A stretch of 59,799 bases of DNA, from NCBI GenBank assembly GCA_964553035.1, contig CAZKJH010000002.1, positions 1,193 to 60,991 of the forward strand. Direction: 5' to 3'. The notes under the pieces were generated by a model that did not search any database, had not been told where the DNA came from, and saw only the letters and a program-made list of their open reading frames with translations. The stretch is from an uncultured Lentisphaerales bacterium. Its GTDB lineage: Bacteria > Verrucomicrobiota > Kiritimatiellia > RFP12 > UBA3636. The stretch's first letter is position 1. Every line of letters begins with the position of its first letter. Shown piece by piece: positions 55,406 to 59,799 of the stretch. Position numbers and translations under genes: made by a program.

Positions 55406-56970
55406 AAGCATTCCTCCCAGCCACAACACCAAAACGCCGACGGTCTCAAGCCTGGATGCGTTTTCGTGCGCACCGTCGAGGCTGGGTTTCGCTCTGGCTT
55501 CTCGTGGCACTGTACGGACTCAGCCTCGTCGCCGAGCTGGTGTGCAACGACAAGCCGCTCCTGATGCGCTACCAAGGCCACACGTTCTTCCCTGCCTTCT
55601 CCGCCTATACGCAAAACGACATTCTTAAAAACGGCGTTCATACGCGCATGATCGACTATCAGCAATTCATCCGTGAGAAACATAATAAACTCGGTTGGCG
55701 GCTCATGGCACCGTTCAAGTCGGGCGCACAGCAAACGTTCTCGGCTGCCGATATCGAACCGTTCCGTCAGTTTGAAATCACGCTATCGCCATTCACGCAC
55801 ACCGCAGCCGTGCAACTCGCTTCTGACGACGCTCCACACTTCGCATTTGGCGACACCAACTATTTTGCGACAGCAATCGCACAGCTAGACGAAACGTGTA
55901 AATCCTCTCCTGCTCTCGCCGAAGCCATTGTCCTCCGGCTCGCAAACAAAAAAGCGTCGGCACTCGACATGCCCTTTGATCAAGGAACCATCGCGATTGC
56001 GCCTTTTACACCGCGCTCCACGCCACCGGAAAGCGTGCGGATCATGCTGCGTAGCGTTGAGCGAATCAAGCCGGAAAAAACCAAAGGCTACCACGATTCG
56101 GTTAAAAGCGCAATTTCTACGTGGCAGAGTCTTGCAGCATCTGATGTCTCGAATGTCCTCGCCGCCGTTCAAATGGCCAAAACCGAAGAGTGGATTGCCC
56201 CAGTCTTAGTTTTCGGCAATCAGGCCACGAATGCCATTGCCGATGTCACCATCGCACTGGAAGCGGTGTCTTGGCCCTTCCGTCCCGTTCCGGGGCACCC
56301 CATGGGCTTCGATACTGCGGGACGCGATGTTTTCGCTCGCCTCTTCTACGCCCTACGCACCTCGATGACCTTCGGGCTAGTCCTCGTCTGCGTCACCATG
56401 TTCCTCGGCATCATCGCCGGTGCTGTACAAGGCTACTTCGCCGGGTGGGTGGACATTACGGGACAGCGCGTCACAGAAATCTGGTCGGCACTCCCCTTCC
56501 TCTACATCATGATCCTGCTCGGCAACACGCTTGGCCGCAGTTTTGGGTTGCTCTTGTTCTGCTATGCTATTTTTAACTGGATCGGTATCGCCGCCTATAT
56601 CCGCGCCGAATTTCTGCGCCTCCGTACGCGAGCTTTCGTTGATGCCGCTCGCTGTCAGGGTCTCTCGGAAATGCGCATCATGTTTCGCCATATTCTGCCT
56701 AATGCGCTTACACCGCTCATCACACTTTTTCCTTTCGCACTCGTCGGTGCCATCGGTTCGCTTGCTGTTCTTGACTACCTCGGCTTCGGCCTTCCTGCCG
56801 GTTCACCTAGCTGGGGCGAGCTTCTCAATCAGGCACAAGCTTTCCGCTCCGCCTGGTGGCTCATCCTCTACCCATCTCTCGCGCTCTTCACCGTAATGCT
56901 TCTCGGCGTTTTCATCGGCGAAGGCCTCCGCGATGCTCTCGATCCACAGCCTTACTCTAAGATGGAGTAA
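55402..56970 (+). CDS. Peptide ABC transporter permease (YejE-like) with large periplasmic insertion
   Basis: RRGWVSLW..AELVCNDKPL, GFDTAGRDVFAR, GAVQGYF, HILPNA, LDYLGFGLP, GEGLRDALDP. Confidence 0.9.
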   Translation: MKAFLPATTPKRRRSQAWMRFRAHRRGWVSLWLLVALYGLSLVAELVCNDKPLLMRYQGHTFFPAFSAYTQNDILKNGVHTRMIDYQQFIREKHNKLGWRLMAPFKSGAQQTFSAADIEPFRQFEITLSPFTHTAAVQLASDDAPHFAFGDTNYFATAIAQLDETCKSSPALAEAIVLRLANKKASALDMPFDQGTIAIAPFTPRSTPPESVRIMLRSVERIKPEKTKGYHDSVKSAISTWQSLAASDVSNVLAAVQMAKTEEWIAPVLVFGNQATNAIADVTIALEAVSWPFRPVPGHPMGFDTAGRDVFARLFYALRTSMTFGLVLVCVTMFLGIIAGAVQGYFAGWVDITGQRVTEIWSALPFLYIMILLGNTLGRSFGLLLFCYAIFNWIGIAAYIRAEFLRLRTRAFVDAARCQGLSEMRIMFRHILPNALTPLITLFPFALVGAIGSLAVLDYLGFGLPAGSPSWGELLNQAQAFRSAWWLILYPSLALFTVMLLGVFIGEGLRDALDPQPYSKME

Positions 56971-57047
56971 GGCCGTGGATCGAGGGGGCAAATAATTATT
57001 TGCCCCTACACGATTTGCTACGCCCATTCGTACATCTCTCCCACCCC

Positions 57048-58841
57048 ATGCAACCTATCCTAACCATTCGTGATCTCCACGTCGTTTTCGACACGCCCGA
57101 TGGCATCGTACATGCCGTTGATGGCGTTTCGCTCAGCGTCAAGCCTGGCGAAACGCTGGGCATTGTGGGTGAATCCGGTTGCGGCAAGTCTGTCACGGCG
57201 ATGAGCATCCTGCGCCTCGTCCCCAATCCTCCAGGACGAATCACTTCAGGCACAATCACCTTTGATGGCAAGGACATTGCCATACTTCCTCTCGCCGAAC
57301 TGCGCAAGATCCGCGGCGCATCAGTTGGCATGGTCTTCCAAGATCCCATGACTGCACTGTCGCCGCTTCACAAGATCGGGGATCAACTCGTCGAAGCAAT
57401 TCAGCTTCATCAGAACATGCCACGGAAAGAGGCGCTCACACTCGCCACGGAATGGCTTTTAAAAGCAGGCATCCAAGACCCCAAGCGTTGCTTGAACGAA
57501 TACCCGTTCCGACTTTCCGGCGGACAGCAGCAACGTGTGATGATCGCCTCGGTGTTGATGACGCACCCGCGGCTCATTATCGCCGATGAACCCACGACTG
57601 CGCTCGATGTGACGATCCAAGCCCAAGTGCTGGAACTCATGCGCAAGGCGAAGGGCGATGAAACCGCGCTCGTGCTCATCACACATAACATGGGCATCGT
57701 CTGGAACACGTGCTCTCGGATCGCCATTATGTACGCAGGCGAGATCGTGGAGTCGGGTTCCGTAGACGCCGTATTCCGCACCCCACGCCATCCTTACACC
57801 AAGGCGCTGCTCGATGCCATGCCCTCGAATGGCCGTCCAGGCGAACCGCTGGCTGCTATTCCAGGCTCTGTTCCCTCTCCGCTCAACTTCCCACAGGGCT
57901 GCCGTTTCCACGAACGCTGCACCTACGCCATTCCCTCCTGCGCGATTGAGCATCCCGAGCTTGTAAACCTCGGCACAACGGACTATGCCACGCGCTGTCC
58001 CGTCTGGGCAAAACTCGCGCCAAGCACGATCCAACCAGATCTTGCGACACCCGAAGCAAAAGCACCCACCGCGCCCATCACAAGCCCGATGCCATCCCCA
58101 ATTCTTGAAGCACGTGGGTTACACAAGTATTTCAAAGCTGTTCACGCAGTGAACGATGTCTCCGTTGCGCTGTATGCTGGCGAGACGCTGGCCATCGTCG
58201 GCGAATCCGGTTGTGGTAAAACGACGCTCGCTCGCATGTTAATCGGTCTGGAACCTTCGACCGGTGGCGCAATTTTCATCGATGGAAAGCCCGCACCGCG
58301 AAGGCGGCCATTTACCATGATGCGGGAATTACAGATGATCTTCCAAGATCCGTTCTCTTCGCTCAATCCACGCATGACGGTCGCCGACATCATCACCGAG
58401 GGCGCTGTGGCGCATGGTCTCCTGAAGCGACATAACCGCATTGAGGAAGCACAACGCCTGCTCGCCCAAGTCGGAATGCCCCCCGAAGCGGCGTTTCGGT
58501 ATCCGCATGAATTTTCCGGCGGACAGCGCCAACGTATCAGCATTGCTCGAGCCGTCTCACTCAAACCCCGCATCATCATCTGCGACGAGCCTGTTAGCGC
58601 ACTGGACGTCTCTGTACAAGCCCAAGTACTTAATCTGCTTGCGGATCTCCAGCGCGAGCTGCAACCCGCCTATCTTTTCATCACACACGACATCGGCGTC
58701 GTTCGCCGCGTCGCGCACCGCATCGCCATCATGCATGAAGGAAGCATCATCGAAGAAGGGCCAGCCGCGTCCATCCTCGATTCACCCACCCACGCCTACA
58801 CGAAGACCCTACTCGCCGCCGAGCCCCGAATCAGCCTGTAA
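57048..58841 (+). CDS. Fused dual-ATPase peptide ABC transporter subunit (OppD/OppF, YejF-like)
   Basis: Two GESGCGK Walker A motifs, LSGGQ/FSGGQ, ADEPT/CDEPV, and an HPYT-GCRF Cys cluster. Confidence 0.93.
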   Translation: MQPILTIRDLHVVFDTPDGIVHAVDGVSLSVKPGETLGIVGESGCGKSVTAMSILRLVPNPPGRITSGTITFDGKDIAILPLAELRKIRGASVGMVFQDPMTALSPLHKIGDQLVEAIQLHQNMPRKEALTLATEWLLKAGIQDPKRCLNEYPFRLSGGQQQRVMIASVLMTHPRLIIADEPTTALDVTIQAQVLELMRKAKGDETALVLITHNMGIVWNTCSRIAIMYAGEIVESGSVDAVFRTPRHPYTKALLDAMPSNGRPGEPLAAIPGSVPSPLNFPQGCRFHERCTYAIPSCAIEHPELVNLGTTDYATRCPVWAKLAPSTIQPDLATPEAKAPTAPITSPMPSPILEARGLHKYFKAVHAVNDVSVALYAGETLAIVGESGCGKTTLARMLIGLEPSTGGAIFIDGKPAPRRRPFTMMRELQMIFQDPFSSLNPRMTVADIITEGAVAHGLLKRHNRIEEAQRLLAQVGMPPEAAFRYPHEFSGGQRQRISIARAVSLKPRIIICDEPVSALDVSVQAQVLNLLADLQRELQPAYLFITHDIGVVRRVAHRIAIMHEGSIIEEGPAASILDSPTHAYTKTLLAAEPRISL

Positions 58842-58857
58842 CCAGCGGAAATTTCGT

Positions 58858-59799
58858 ATGAACTACGGACGTCTTTTTGGACACAATTACACAAAACAGG
58901 GTTTCTACATGATCTCCCTGGTAACCGAACCACGTCGTGCCCTTTTTTCGAACATTATCAGCGGCCATGTTGTGCGCACCCTTGCCGGCGGTGCCCTGCA
59001 GGATGCCTGGCTCAAACTCGGCGAGGAAGCACCATCTATTTCGTTGGAAGCCAGCGCGATTATGCCCGATCACTTCCACGGCACGCTTGTTGTGAAAGAT
59101 GGAGGAGGAAAGAGCCTCGACTGGCATGTATCCCGCCTGAAGGGCCGTGTTACGCACGCCGTCCGCAAGCTCGAAAATAATCCCGCGCTTCAGGTTTGGG
59201 AAGTTGGCTTCCACGACTGGGTCTCGCTGAATACAGAGATGTTCCGGTCGTTTAAAAACTACGTTTCTGACAACCCGAAGCGCTGGCAGCTCCGGCATGA
59301 TAACCGCGCGCTGTTTATGAAGCACCAGGCGGTAACGCACTGGAGGTTGAATACGCCGCCCGCAAGCGGTGGCGCTCAGCTACTTGGCTGCGGCACGTGT
59401 GCCATGCAATGGAGCGCGATGGGGGATAGGGCGCTGCTCGATTACCCGATGCTAATGCCCATTATCATAAGCCGTAAGACCACGGGAAATACGCTCGCCT
59501 CAGAAATAAGCCGCATCATCGAAGCGATTAAAAACGGTGCGGTTCCCATCAGCGGCTTCATCTCGCCAGGCGAAAGGGAGGTTTTGAAAAGCATTGTCTC
59601 GCTTCCGCGTACGCGCCTTATCTGCATGCTCCCGTATGGCATGGCTGAATATAGGCCAAATGGCCTCGCTGTGGAAGCTATCGCCGCCAGCAAAATGCTC
59701 GTGCTCTCCGCATTTCCAGCTTCTGTTCCTCCTTCGCCCATCAGCTACGAAAACTGCCACGCCAACAACGCCCTCGCCCAAGCCATTGCAGGTAGCTGT
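58858..59799 (+). mobile_element. RAYT/IS200-type Y1 HUH transposase fused to a DprA/SLOG-like domain (3' end runs off the window; not in ORF track)
   Basis: Manual translation MNYGRLFGHNYTKQGFYMISLVTEPRRALF...AIMPDHFHG...VWEVGFHD...NYVSDNPKRW, then GDRALL...ISGFISPGERE...MLVLS...NCHANNALA. Open to the window end. Confidence 0.85.

Overview
Chromosomal backbone window from a Gram-negative bacterium. It is most likely PVC superphylum (Kiritimatiellota/Lentisphaerae-like), inferred from the prepilin H-X9-DG protein, the PEP-CTERM/'FFHLKL' secreted proteins and the NCEQN-type HisI. Housekeeping genes: acnA, bioB-bioA-bioF, two RluA synthases, a sigma54 two-component pair, hisI, rubredoxin, pheS, rnc, xerD, corA, purC, a yejBEF-like ABC transporter, fucose catabolism (GH29, fucI), an RND efflux operon and three tRNAs (Thr-CGT, fMet-CAT, Arg-ACG). 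The intergenic DNA is rich in small palindromic elements: a MITE with a 9-bp target duplication carrying two GTAG-REPs, a free REP cluster, three other TIR hairpin elements, an IS630 remnant, a truncated toxin-antitoxin pair and an att-like scar with a structured-RNA candidate beside tRNA-fMet. The strongest candidates for undescribed biology are: (1) a RAYT-type HUH transposase fused to a DprA/SLOG-like domain at the right edge, missing from the ORF track; (2) a MarR regulator fused in frame to a TolC lipoprotein through an internal signal peptide; (3) two paralogous secreted domains with swapped C-terminal sorting signals; (4) a TMEM260/DUF2723-like GT-C+TPR protein near a GT2; (5) a Zn-ribbon-GspG pseudopilin with no prepilin cleavage site. 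All assignments come from motif recognition by eye; no searches were run.
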